This document shows positions 16,318 to 23,786 of a stretch of 24,634 bases of DNA, in pieces (the first letter of the stretch is position 1; the number at the start of each line of letters is the position of its first letter). The notes under the pieces are model-generated. The model was not told where the DNA came from and searched no databases. It was given only the letters and a program-made list of their open reading frames with translations. The DNA is from a virus. Taxonomy: Duplodnaviria > Caudoviricetes. The position numbers and the translations under genes were made by a program. The stretch lies in the IMG/VR virus record IMGVR_UViG_3300044267_004589, positions 1 through 24,634 of that record; one strand, given 5' to 3'.

Positions 16318-16789
16318 CTTTGATCTCCGTGATATGGCGACACTTCCGACGCCAGCCAAAACCGGCGCAGGTGCACGTCCATGTGCCTCCGTGATCGGTT
16401 ACCGTGTAGATGTTCCCCTTGCTGCCTTCAACGTCATACGTGCGAACCTCGGCCACTGGAGAGGTATCTGAACGCTGGCGTACAACCATGTACCGGTCCA
16501 AGTCCTCAAAAGTGGTATCATCCGGTACTTCAATCCAGTTTTGACCGGAGATTGCCCACTTTTGATCATTCACGTCAGTATACAGCATCGGCGGCATATC
16601 AACAACGATCGGGGTTTTGTTCATCATCATATCACCAAGTTCTTCAAGGCTAATAAAAAAAGGTTTAAGGTCGATCGGGTTAGCTTCCAGAAACTCGTCA
16701 AGGATCTGCATAATATCCTCATAACGCTCTTGACGTGGTGATTTCTGTTTGCTTCTCCGATACTCGTCGAGGTCAACAAGATCGCCCAT
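16304..16789 (-). CDS. SWIM zinc-finger protein
   Basis: VEGSKGNIYTV...WTCTC-x8-CRH. Confidence 0.8.
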   Translation of the reverse strand: MGDLVDLDEYRRSKQKSPRQERYEDIMQILDEFLEANPIDLKPFFISLEELGDMMMNKTPIVVDMPPMLYTDVNDQKWAISGQNWIEVPDDTTFEDLDRYMVVRQRSDTSPVAEVRTYDVEGSKGNIYTVTDHGGTWTCTCAGFGWRRKCRHITEIKDASR

Positions 16790-17106
16790 TAAAAAGGCTC
16801 GTTTCGATCACTGAACGGTGATACTTCCCACGCCATCGGATGCATGATCTCGATGTTACCAGTCATGTACTTGGTAAGGTTGACATGGCAAGATGTGGTC
16901 TGACTGCGAAACTCTTTAACGGGTGCGGTGTAGTCAGCAAGGACAAACTCACCGCTCGCAGTGCGTTCACCGATCTTTAACTCATAGCTAAACAACTCTG
17001 CGCGTCCGTTAGGATAGGATACGCTTGTCAAACTTTCCCTGTGATTCCGGGCACTTACACCATTTTGCCATGCTCTGATCACGTTGTCATTAGTGCATAC
17101 TTTCAT
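16789..17106 (-). CDS. Hypothetical phage protein (LFSY...SQTTSCH)
   Basis: ATGA and TAATG overlaps with neighbours. Confidence 0.8.
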   Translation of the reverse strand: MKVCTNDNVIRAWQNGVSARNHRESLTSVSYPNGRAELFSYELKIGERTASGEFVLADYTAPVKEFRSQTTSCHVNLTKYMTGNIEIMHPMAWEVSPFSDRNEPF

Positions 17107-17294
17107 GCTTCACCTGCTACCCTTGGAAGGGCTGATATTGTTGTTAAAAAAATGTCTTTCATCGCTTCGCTTTCTTCCTCTGCAAGTTGTGATGCTACCA
17201 TCAAACAAGTGATCACGTTCTCACAGTTTTCGCGGCTCTCATCCATAGGTGTCAGTGAACCGCTTGCGTTTAGTAGGATTGTTGTTCCGTACAT
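17103..17294 (-). CDS. Hypothetical early protein
   Basis: First gene after cassette P6, with AAGGAG. Confidence 0.75.
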   Translation of the reverse strand: MYGTTILLNASGSLTPMDESRENCENVITCLMVASQLAEEESEAMKDIFLTTISALPRVAGEA

Positions 17295-17371
17295 TTTAAC
17301 TCCTTTCTATACTATAAATATAGCACCAGATCGTTTATTCGTCAAGGTTTTCTTTGTCAAGCAAATGTCAA
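17295..17371 (-). promoter_or_regulatory. Early promoter cassette P6
   Basis: Boxes 17366 and 17355, -35 TTGACG 17340-45, -10 TATATT 17317-22. Confidence 0.9.
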
Positions 17372-17649
17372 CGATCGCCCATGAAGATCCGATCAGCGAA
17401 TCGCTTGGCGTTTCGAAGGTTTGCCATATCGTCGAGATCCTTAATCTGATCCGATCCTTCATCGTTCAAATGTTTAACGGACTCTTTCATAAACTTGCGC
17501 AGCACCTTGATAAACTCGATCTTACCAAACGATTCCTTAGTGCCATAGCCGCCACCGCCAACATATTCAATGTGCATCAGGCGCACAACCTTTAGCGCGT
17601 TCTTAATCCCGTTGGGATCATCAGAGTCTATAACAATGGTCATTTTCAT
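17368..17649 (-). CDS. Hypothetical protein with possible bL12 C-terminal-like motif
   Basis: KIEFIKVLR...LRNAKRFAD; stop lies inside the P6 distal box. Confidence 0.7.
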   Translation of the reverse strand: MKMTIVIDSDDPNGIKNALKVVRLMHIEYVGGGGYGTKESFGKIEFIKVLRKFMKESVKHLNDEGSDQIKDLDDMANLRNAKRFADRIFMGDR

Positions 17650-17657
17650 GGTTTAGC

Positions 17658-18872
17658 CTAATCAATCGCGATAATGCGTTCATTTGTTGAGAAGTATGGC
17701 CGTGATGCGTAGTTCTTGGTGGTCATCCACATACGTTGACACTTGGAGGCGACAGGTTTGGGAGCCATTAGATCAGTCAGTACAATGTGACCATCAAACT
17801 CGCGATCGTTCACGTACTTGGTTGGAGCATCGAAGCATGTGCCGCCAGTCAACACGCGCTCAGTTTTACGGGTCTGTCCTTTCTTCCAAATATATACCTT
17901 GTCCTCTGCAACCCGTGTATCAAACGGGATCACGGTAAACTCCGCGATCTCTGCCAGTTTGTTCAGCTCGGAGAAGAACGCGGTCAACATACCATCATCG
18001 ACAGAGCCAGATTGATCAATCGAGATTGCGATCTTGGCATGGCGACGGACACGCTTACCGGGGTGAACCTTTGGGAACCGCTTGTTAAGACGGCGAGGCG
18101 TCGAACGCTTGTCAGAGCGTTGTGAAGTTTTTACGAAGTACCTGAGCACCTTGCGCCAATCGATCTTAGTGGCGATGCGGTCAAGAACGTCCTGACGCAT
18201 GGATGATGATACTGTACCCCAGTTGCGGGCTTTCTCAGCTTCCTCGGCGGCTTTCTTGATAGTTTCCTTCATGCGTTCCTTAGCGATCTCTTGTGTAGTA
18301 CCATCGACCTCACCGAAACCTTGGTGATCGTCAAGAGAGTCAGCACCACCGAAAGCATCGCCGTTACCCTCGCCGTCGCCACCATCTTTCTGCATGTCTT
18401 TCAATGCTTCAAGATACCACTCGTAGGTTTTGAATGGTGGGAGATCCTTGAACATACCTTCACCGGGGATCAGCGCCTTCATTGGCTCGTCGCCAATAGT
18501 AGGGCCGGGGTTTTCTTCCGATGGCAGGTGTCGAGAGATATGACAGTTGATTGACAAGTCCATCGCGATGTTGTCGATCCGCTTGAGTCCATCGGCAGGA
18601 AGCCGACCGGTCACATGCTCAAAGATCAAGTGATAAAACTCATGCATGAGGATACCCAACTTGTGATCATCCGAGAGCGAGCCCATAAACTCAGGGTTGT
18701 AAAGTAGTTCAAACTGAGCACTGTCAGGGTTGACACGAACACCGGCTGTAGGGATCGACGTTGTTGCAATCTTGTCAATACGACGTGAGATAGCAGCGAA
18801 GAACGGCTCACGCATAAGCAAGCGGGCAGTGTGCATGTTCAGGTTGAAAGGCTTGTTAGGCTTGTCGGTCAT
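17658..18872 (-). CDS. DUF2201-like protein: HExxH metallopeptidase domain plus VWA domain
   Basis: HEFYH, NIAMDLSIN, MIDAS DQSGS, GGT, LTD. Confidence 0.9.
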   Translation of the reverse strand: MTDKPNKPFNLNMHTARLLMREPFFAAISRRIDKIATTSIPTAGVRVNPDSAQFELLYNPEFMGSLSDDHKLGILMHEFYHLIFEHVTGRLPADGLKRIDNIAMDLSINCHISRHLPSEENPGPTIGDEPMKALIPGEGMFKDLPPFKTYEWYLEALKDMQKDGGDGEGNGDAFGGADSLDDHQGFGEVDGTTQEIAKERMKETIKKAAEEAEKARNWGTVSSSMRQDVLDRIATKIDWRKVLRYFVKTSQRSDKRSTPRRLNKRFPKVHPGKRVRRHAKIAISIDQSGSVDDGMLTAFFSELNKLAEIAEFTVIPFDTRVAEDKVYIWKKGQTRKTERVLTGGTCFDAPTKYVNDREFDGHIVLTDLMAPKPVASKCQRMWMTTKNYASRPYFSTNERIIAID

Positions 18873-18949
18873 TGTTTTCTCTCCTTACCCTTATAATATA
18901 GTCACTTAAAGGCAATAGGTCAAGGTTATTTGTGTCAAGGGAATGTCAG
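18873..18949 (-). promoter_or_regulatory. Early promoter cassette P7
   Basis: Boxes 18944 and 18933, -35 TTGACC 18918-23, -10 18895-900, TAAGGAG. Confidence 0.9.
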
Positions 18950-19095
18950 GACTTTCCTAACCCGTGAGCCAGAACAGACGCAAGCTGTTCTTCGTTCAAC
19001 GATCGCCGCATTAGTTCTTCGGCTACCTCTTGACCGTGTGTGTGCCATACATGCTGCAAAAATGACAATACTTCTTGAAGTTCTGTTTGAGACAT
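18946..19095 (-). CDS. 49-aa hypothetical protein (MSQTELQEVLSFLQHVWHTHGQEVAEELMRRSL...)
   Basis: Hand-translated; starts after the P8 RBS and stops in the P7 distal box. Confidence 0.7.
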   Translation of the reverse strand: MSQTELQEVLSFLQHVWHTHGQEVAEELMRRSLNEEQLASVLAHGLGKS

Positions 19096-19174
19096 TGTGC
19101 TCTTTCTCCTTACCCTTATAATATAGTCACTTAAAGGCGATAGGTCAAGGTTTAAGTTGTCAAGGGAATGTCAA
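19096..19174 (-). promoter_or_regulatory. Early promoter cassette P8
   Basis: Boxes 19169 and 19158, -35 TTGACC 19143-48, -10 19120-25; 47/48 identical to P7. Confidence 0.9.
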
Positions 19175-19380
19175 GGAAGATCATAATGCGCTCGAAGTCG
19201 AACCTCATCGATCCATCCCTGCTCTCCGTCAATGTGGAGTTTGAACCTCCACCTTTTGTTAGCTATGTCGCCGTACTTGGCGCGTGATGTTTCTTCTTTG
19301 CCGAGAACGATCGCAGGCTTACCGTCATTGACGGAATAAATGAGATCACCGACTTTTAGTTTATCTGTCCACATGGGCAT
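19171..19380 (-). CDS. Small SH3/KOW-like protein (VGDLV family)
   Basis: LKVGDLIYS...PAIVLG; stop lies in the P8 distal box. Confidence 0.75.
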   Translation of the reverse strand: MPMWTDKLKVGDLIYSVNDGKPAIVLGKEETSRAKYGDIANKRWRFKLHIDGEQGWIDEVRLRAHYDLP

Positions 19381-19567
19381 CTGATATTATTAACAAATCT
19401 TCTTCATGGAAGGCCATCTGTTCTTCACTTTTTAACCACTTTACATGGTACTGTATTCGCTTGCCTACCGGCTGGTAGATGCGATTAACTACCCCAACAC
19501 CGTGATGATTCGAGAAAGGTCGCGCAAGGCTCCCAAGTCCTGACAACTTAACTAAATCGCCAATCAT
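19361..19567 (-). CDS. Small SH3/KOW-like protein (VGDLV family)
   Basis: MIGDLVKL...GVGVVNR...YHVKWL...EEDLLIIS. Confidence 0.75.
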   Translation of the reverse strand: MIGDLVKLSGLGSLARPFSNHHGVGVVNRIYQPVGKRIQYHVKWLKSEEQMAFHEEDLLIISDAHVDR

Positions 19568-19595
19568 GGGAGCCCTAAGCGGCGGTCCAAAGGCT

Positions 19596-20675
19596 CTACT
19601 GTGAGCCACCAAGGATCTCCACCAGATGATCGCTCACGCCCTTACCATCGGACGTTTGTGCCTTGTGGAGCGCAATCACGTTGTTAGTGTTGTCAGCTTC
19701 ACCGAGAACGGTCCACAGCTTCATGGCGACCTCGGAAGGCAGTGCTACAAAGTAGTCAGCAAGGTTGGCGATCTGCCCATCGGTCAAGTCCTCAACAAAA
19801 GTCTCGGATGCTGCCATCTTCTCAATCATAGCAGAGTGATCATTGATACCCCACTGCGTAGTTTTGTCGATGGCACCGTTGTCCAGAAGATCCTCGATGG
19901 TCACTTGCCATTCGTACTTTTCAATGAAGTCACGGAGCGATACAGCAGCTTCAAAGCCAACAAACGCAGTTGCAAGATTGAAAAGAAGATTGCTGTCGCC
20001 ATCTTCGTTGAACACACCGGTAGATGCGGCCGTGTCATTGAAGCGTGCCCAGCTACGGCGGGACGGGTAAACCTTGTTAGGCTCGAAGTCATCGCTATGC
20101 TCAAGGTGCTGGCGGTTCTGGTTAATGAAGTCCCACAGGATAGCGTTGACGTTACCTTGTGCCCATGTCAGCCAGTCCTCAGTGGATGGTTCCACGTCGA
20201 ACACAGTCCAACGGTCAAGCTCTGCCGGGTCCATCTCGCCGACCTGATACTGAGCGCCATGCTCGCCACCATTGACGGCGGCGACAATCAGAGTCTCAGG
20301 GTGAAGGTTCCAGCCGTTGATCTTGCGGCTGTCGGTCAACTCGAAAAGACCCTGACGAACCTCCATAGTCGCACGGTCAACCTCATCAAGAAAGAGCATG
20401 ACGGGCTGCGTACAGGCTGTTACCAGCCAATCAGGAGCGTTCCAAGTGGTAGCCTTGCGACCATCCGAAAGATCGGCGGTGTCAGGCAGACCAAGAAGAT
20501 CACCCTCGGTCATCTGTGAAGCACGACGCTCGACGACTGGCAAGCCGCGAGTCTCGGCAATCTGATAGACTACCTGAGATTTACCGACACCGTGACGGCC
20601 ACGAAGAAGCACCGGAAGGCGCACATCGAGGATGTGTTCTACTGTCGAGAGGAATGTTGTGAAGTCTACTGCCAT
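19596..20675 (-). CDS. MoxR-like AAA+ ATPase
   Basis: Walker A GRHGVGKS, Walker B LFLDEVDR, sensor-1 AAVN, arginine-finger region DPAELDRW; near a VWA partner. Confidence 0.92.
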   Translation of the reverse strand: MAVDFTTFLSTVEHILDVRLPVLLRGRHGVGKSQVVYQIAETRGLPVVERRASQMTEGDLLGLPDTADLSDGRKATTWNAPDWLVTACTQPVMLFLDEVDRATMEVRQGLFELTDSRKINGWNLHPETLIVAAVNGGEHGAQYQVGEMDPAELDRWTVFDVEPSTEDWLTWAQGNVNAILWDFINQNRQHLEHSDDFEPNKVYPSRRSWARFNDTAASTGVFNEDGDSNLLFNLATAFVGFEAAVSLRDFIEKYEWQVTIEDLLDNGAIDKTTQWGINDHSAMIEKMAASETFVEDLTDGQIANLADYFVALPSEVAMKLWTVLGEADNTNNVIALHKAQTSDGKGVSDHLVEILGGSQ

Positions 20676-20710
20676 GATAATCTCCTTGAGAGAGGTTGTT
20701 TCTTTGCCTT

Positions 20711-20785
20711 ACACTATAAATATAGCACCGTAAGGCATTTAAGTCAAGTATTTTGTTGTCAAAGGAATGTTAAGAGAGTTGTCAA
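20711..20785 (-). promoter_or_regulatory. Early promoter cassette P9
   Basis: Boxes 20768 (variant) and 20757, extra box 20780, -35 TTGACT 20742-47, -10 20719-24. Confidence 0.85.
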
Positions 20786-20791
20786 TAAAGA

Positions 20792-20878
20792 TGGTAGCTG
20801 ATGCGGGACTCGAACCCGCAAGCCCATGCGGGCGCGAGATTTTAAGTCTCGTGTGTATACCAGTTCCACCAATCAGCC
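20792..20878 (-). tRNA. tRNA-Leu(UAA), with encoded CCA
   Basis: Acceptor GGCTGAT/ATCAGCT, anticodon arm CGAGA-CTTAAAA-TCTCG, long variable arm, T arm GCGGG-TTCGAGT-CCCGC, ACCA end. Confidence 0.97.
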
Positions 20879-20885
20879 ATTTCAT

Positions 20886-20954
20886 CCTCTTACCCTTATA
20901 ATATAGTCACTTAACCCTCGCCCGTCAAGGCGAGAGTTGTCAAGCAAATGTCAA
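20886..20954 (-). promoter_or_regulatory. Early promoter cassette P10, upstream of the tRNA
   Basis: Boxes 20949 and 20938, -35 TTGACG 20923-28, -10 20900-05. Confidence 0.9.
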
Positions 20955-21847
20955 GTGTTCCGCATGTCATAGTGTTCTTCAAGTCCGAGATCCCTGATCA
21001 CTTGCACGGTGACACCACTCGGATACGCATAGTCATAGTTGCGTTGCTTCTCATACTTGCGCCCCTGTGTCGGAAACTCACGCAGGATAGCTTTCTCAAG
21101 GCTCTCCGCTGTTGGTTCAAGCCAGCCTTTAGGTGGGTCAAGACCGGGCAGCAGCGATGATGCTGGCAAGTTATCACCCTCGGCGGCTGCGTATGCGCGA
21201 GCCTTTTGGTGGTTCTCCACCAGTCTTTCAAGCCTATCGCGTGAGGTCCACCGATGTTGATCTGGCGCTGCGAGTTTGCGAGCATCAATGTGATAAGCTG
21301 CCAGATTTTGACGGCCAGATACGCATGCATCCCAATCAACCGACTTGATGTAGCGCAAGGTTAAAATGTCTGAGCGGTAGTTTCCATCAGCATCATAGCC
21401 TGACGAACGAATTGGGATCATTGAACCGATACCGATACCCAAGTTCGCGGCTGTCTCAAACGCAGCGATACGGGCCCGGCGCGTTTCTTCAATGAAAACT
21501 TGCTTGTCACGCTTGACATGCGGGCATACACGGCGCGTGTGACCGCGCTCGCCGCAGTATCCGCAAGTCACTTTTTTCATGCGTTCAGCTTTCGCTACCT
21601 TGTTAGTAACCTTCTTGCCGGTAGCAAGATCGATCTTGGTGCGCTTGATGTATAGTTGACGCTTTTCTTCTGCGCGTTGCTCATACCACTTGGCATCGTT
21701 TTCGTTGCCATCGGCGCGGTGTTGTTTGACCATCGCCACAGAACCCTCATACTGATCTTTGATCTGTTCTGAGAGTACGGGACACTTACGCTTGTTGTGT
21801 CCTTGACGATAGCAGTGTGAGCAGGTGACGGTTCCAGACCATGACAT
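20951..21847 (-). CDS. Protein with two CCHC zinc knuckles
   Basis: CSHCYRQGHNKRKC and CGYCGERGHTRRVC (C-x2-C-x4-H-x4-C). Confidence 0.85.
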   Translation of the reverse strand: MSWSGTVTCSHCYRQGHNKRKCPVLSEQIKDQYEGSVAMVKQHRADGNENDAKWYEQRAEEKRQLYIKRTKIDLATGKKVTNKVAKAERMKKVTCGYCGERGHTRRVCPHVKRDKQVFIEETRRARIAAFETAANLGIGIGSMIPIRSSGYDADGNYRSDILTLRYIKSVDWDACVSGRQNLAAYHIDARKLAAPDQHRWTSRDRLERLVENHQKARAYAAAEGDNLPASSLLPGLDPPKGWLEPTAESLEKAILREFPTQGRKYEKQRNYDYAYPSGVTVQVIRDLGLEEHYDMRNT

Positions 21848-21926
21848 AATGATTTCTCCTTTCTATACTTATAATATAACAACCTGACGGGCTAAGTCAA
21901 GTTAAACTTTGTCAAGCAGTTGTCAA
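21848..21926 (-). promoter_or_regulatory. Early promoter cassette P11
   Basis: Boxes 21921 and 21910, -35 TTGACT 21895-900, 16 bp, -10 21873-78. Confidence 0.9.
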
Positions 21927-22100
21927 GAGAGTTAAACTATTTTTGCAGCACCACTCTTTGCGACCGGGACCGAACAGGGATTCGCCCTGTGTTGTCCATA
22001 ACACATGCACCGCTGCTAAACTGGATTCAGCATTGTTCATATCCAGCACAATACCGATCTGCTCGGTAAGAAAATGTCTAACAATATCACCTACTTGCAC
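21912..22100 (-). CDS. VGDLV array member 14
   Basis: GTG start, MQVGDIVRH; stop lies in a P11 box. Confidence 0.8.
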   Translation of the reverse strand: MQVGDIVRHFLTEQIGIVLDMNNAESSLAAVHVLWTTQGESLFGPGRKEWCCKNSLTLLTTA

Positions 22101-22251
22101 TGATCACCTCCAAGTATTGCGGTTGAAAGGCACACATGCGATTGTTGCTAATCAGCATGACGCCATACAAATCGGATACCTTGAAGTGTTCGACAATGAT
22201 GCCCATGCCACAACTTCCCGTCAAACATTTAACTAAGTCACCGACTTTCAT
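22087..22251 (-). CDS. VGDLV array member 13, 54 aa (MKVGDLVKCLTGSCGMGIIVEH...LEVISASR)
   Basis: Hand-translated; below the ORF-track cutoff. Confidence 0.8.
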   Translation of the reverse strand: MKVGDLVKCLTGSCGMGIIVEHFKVSDLYGVMLISNNRMCAFQPQYLEVISASR

Positions 22252-22414
22252 TGATCACCTCAAGATTCTGCGGACGGAAAGGGTAGATTGTATCATGTCC
22301 GTGCATCTTTACCTTGTACTGTGTATTGCCATGCAGTGAAGGCCATACCTCAACAATGAGTCCCAATGGTCTACCAGACACCGATGCACATATAACCAAG
22401 TCACCGACTTTCAT
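22238..22414 (-). CDS. VGDLV array member 12, 58 aa (MKVGDLVICASVSGRPLGLIVEV...LEVINESR)
   Basis: Hand-translated; first gene after P12. Confidence 0.8.
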   Translation of the reverse strand: MKVGDLVICASVSGRPLGLIVEVWPSLHGNTQYKVKMHGHDTIYPFRPQNLEVINESR

Positions 22415-22487
22415 ACCTCTCCCTTACCCTTATAATATAACACCCACACAGGAAAAGTCAATCAAAGTTGTGTCAGGGAAATGTCAA
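22415..22487 (-). promoter_or_regulatory. Early promoter cassette P12
   Basis: Boxes 22482 and 22471, -35 TTGACT 22456-61, 16 bp, -10 22434-39. Confidence 0.85.
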
Positions 22488-22636
22488 GAAGCATTTACTA
22501 ACTGCATGTATTCGATGGCTACTTTGTTGCCATTGTGAAGTTTAACGAACCTGCCGGTTTCTCTCTTGCCCCACACTTCCACGATGATGCTGTGGTTCCT
22601 ATGGTATCTGTCATATACCAGATCACCGACTTTCAT
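22484..22636 (-). CDS. VGDLV array member 11, 50 aa (MKVGDLVYDRYHRNHSIIVEV...MQLVNAS)
   Basis: Hand-translated; ATGA overlap; stop lies in the P12 distal box. Confidence 0.8.
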   Translation of the reverse strand: MKVGDLVYDRYHRNHSIIVEVWGKRETGRFVKLHNGNKVAIEYMQLVNAS

Positions 22637-22833
22637 GCACTCACCTTCTTTAGATCATAGTCCCACATTGATTCACTCACGCCTCCGCAAGTCCACACAA
22701 CCTTGAACACATCGTTGCCCTTGGCACGCGGCTGTTCAACTTTAGCCACAATGATGCCCCTGTGACCCGAAGGATAATAGCCCCGTGTGTCTCCATGTAG
22801 AAATATCGACTCGACCAGATCACCGACTTGCAT
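22633..22833 (-). CDS. VGDLV array member 10
   Basis: MQVGDLVES...RGIIVA...FKVVW. Confidence 0.8.
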   Translation of the reverse strand: MQVGDLVESIFLHGDTRGYYPSGHRGIIVAKVEQPRAKGNDVFKVVWTCGGVSESMWDYDLKKVSA

Positions 22834-22990
22834 TTAATACCTCCAGCCGCAAGCCACATTCGATCTTGGGCTTGTGTTCATCTGTCCACATGACCCACAC
22901 ATCGGCAGGCTTTGCCCATCGCTTTTTACACGGTCCCATAACAAGACCAACCGATCCTCTGAAAGCTACTAATGTTCCTGTTTTAATCAC
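22820..22990 (-). CDS. VGDLV array member 9, 56 aa (MIKTGTLVAFRGSVGLVMG...VWVMW...LEVLNASR)
   Basis: Hand-translated; GTG start after GGAG. Confidence 0.75.
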   Translation of the reverse strand: MIKTGTLVAFRGSVGLVMGPCKKRWAKPADVWVMWTDEHKPKIECGLRLEVLNASR

Positions 22991-23165
22991 TTATAATCTC
23001 CAACCACTTAACGGGCTCCCATGATACCTCTGCGTCTTGAATCCAGTAGACTTTAACGCGGGTGTGGCTTGTTCCACGATTGATGCCATCGGGTTTCGTT
23101 TGTAAAACAATGCCCGTGATTGGCTCAACGCTCTGCGGCATACATATCAGATCACCGACTTTCAT
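22983..23165 (-). CDS. VGDLV array member 8
   Basis: MKVGDLICM...TGIVLQ...VKVYW...WLEIIS. Confidence 0.8.
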   Translation of the reverse strand: MKVGDLICMPQSVEPITGIVLQTKPDGINRGTSHTRVKVYWIQDAEVSWEPVKWLEIISD

Positions 23166-23241
23166 ATCTCTCCCAATGATATATATAATATAGCATCATC
23201 GGGCCGTGCCGTCAATAGTTTGTTTGTCAAGCAAATGTCAA
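23166..23241 (-). promoter_or_regulatory. Early promoter cassette P13
   Basis: Boxes 23236 and 23225, -35 TTGACG 23210-15, -10 23187-92. Confidence 0.85.
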
Positions 23242-23387
23242 GAACTTATGCGTTCCCATGCTTCTGAGTTAAAAACCTGATTCGGTGGAAAACCAGCCAC
23301 CTTAAAGTGTGCACCATATCGACCGGTCCACGTCACTATGCTGATCTTGCCGGTTACTTTGTGCTTCACCAGATCACCGACTGTCAC
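23238..23387 (-). CDS. VGDLV array member 7, 49 aa (MTVGDLVKHKVTGKISIVTW...WERISS)
   Basis: Hand-translated; GTG start after GGAGG; stop lies in the P13 distal box. Confidence 0.8.
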   Translation of the reverse strand: MTVGDLVKHKVTGKISIVTWTGRYGAHFKVAGFPPNQVFNSEAWERISS

Positions 23388-23583
23388 TCACAACCTCCAA
23401 CCATTTGACAGGCTCCCATGATACCTCACCATCTTCGATCCAGCATACCTCAACGCGCCTAATAGCGGGGCGTCCAACACCTCCGATGGGTGTGAAACCT
23501 TTGACCTCTCCGTTGCACTGCCTTAAAACAATGCCCGACGCTGGCAGTCCTCCACGCATCCGTACCAGATCACCGGGCTTCAT
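23374..23583 (-). CDS. VGDLV array member 6
   Basis: MKPGDLVRM...SGIVLR...VEVCW...WLEVVSDSR. Confidence 0.8.
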   Translation of the reverse strand: MKPGDLVRMRGGLPASGIVLRQCNGEVKGFTPIGGVGRPAIRRVEVCWIEDGEVSWEPVKWLEVVSDSR

Positions 23584-23786
23584 GCTTCCACCTTGTTCAT
23601 CCACTTCAAAAGCCCGCGATCAATGATCCTCGGGTTTGCCTCTCCGACCATCAAAACCTGATGATTCTCGACCGTCACGCCATCGTCACGATGGATAAAA
23701 GCCTCACCGAGATAAATGGCAATCTTCCCCGCCAAACGCGGCGCTCCCCTGAACCCTTCAAATCTATACAGATCACCTACCTTCAC
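23580..23786 (-). CDS. VGDLV array member 5
   Basis: MKVGDLYRF...IAIYLG. Confidence 0.8.
   Translation of the reverse strand: MKVGDLYRFEGFRGAPRLAGKIAIYLGEAFIHRDDGVTVENHQVLMVGEANPRIIDRGLLKWMNKVEA

Noticed and set aside
19626-20519. 297-aa plus-strand ORF, and the other plus-strand ORFs in the track
   Set aside because: Antisense shadows of clear minus-strand genes, with no recognisable motifs; the expression signals I found point to the minus strand
20740-20885. Short ORFs reading through the tRNA (MKWLIGG..., MADWWNW...)
   Set aside because: A full tRNA cloverleaf explains the sequence; the RBS is degenerate and badly spaced for the longer ORF
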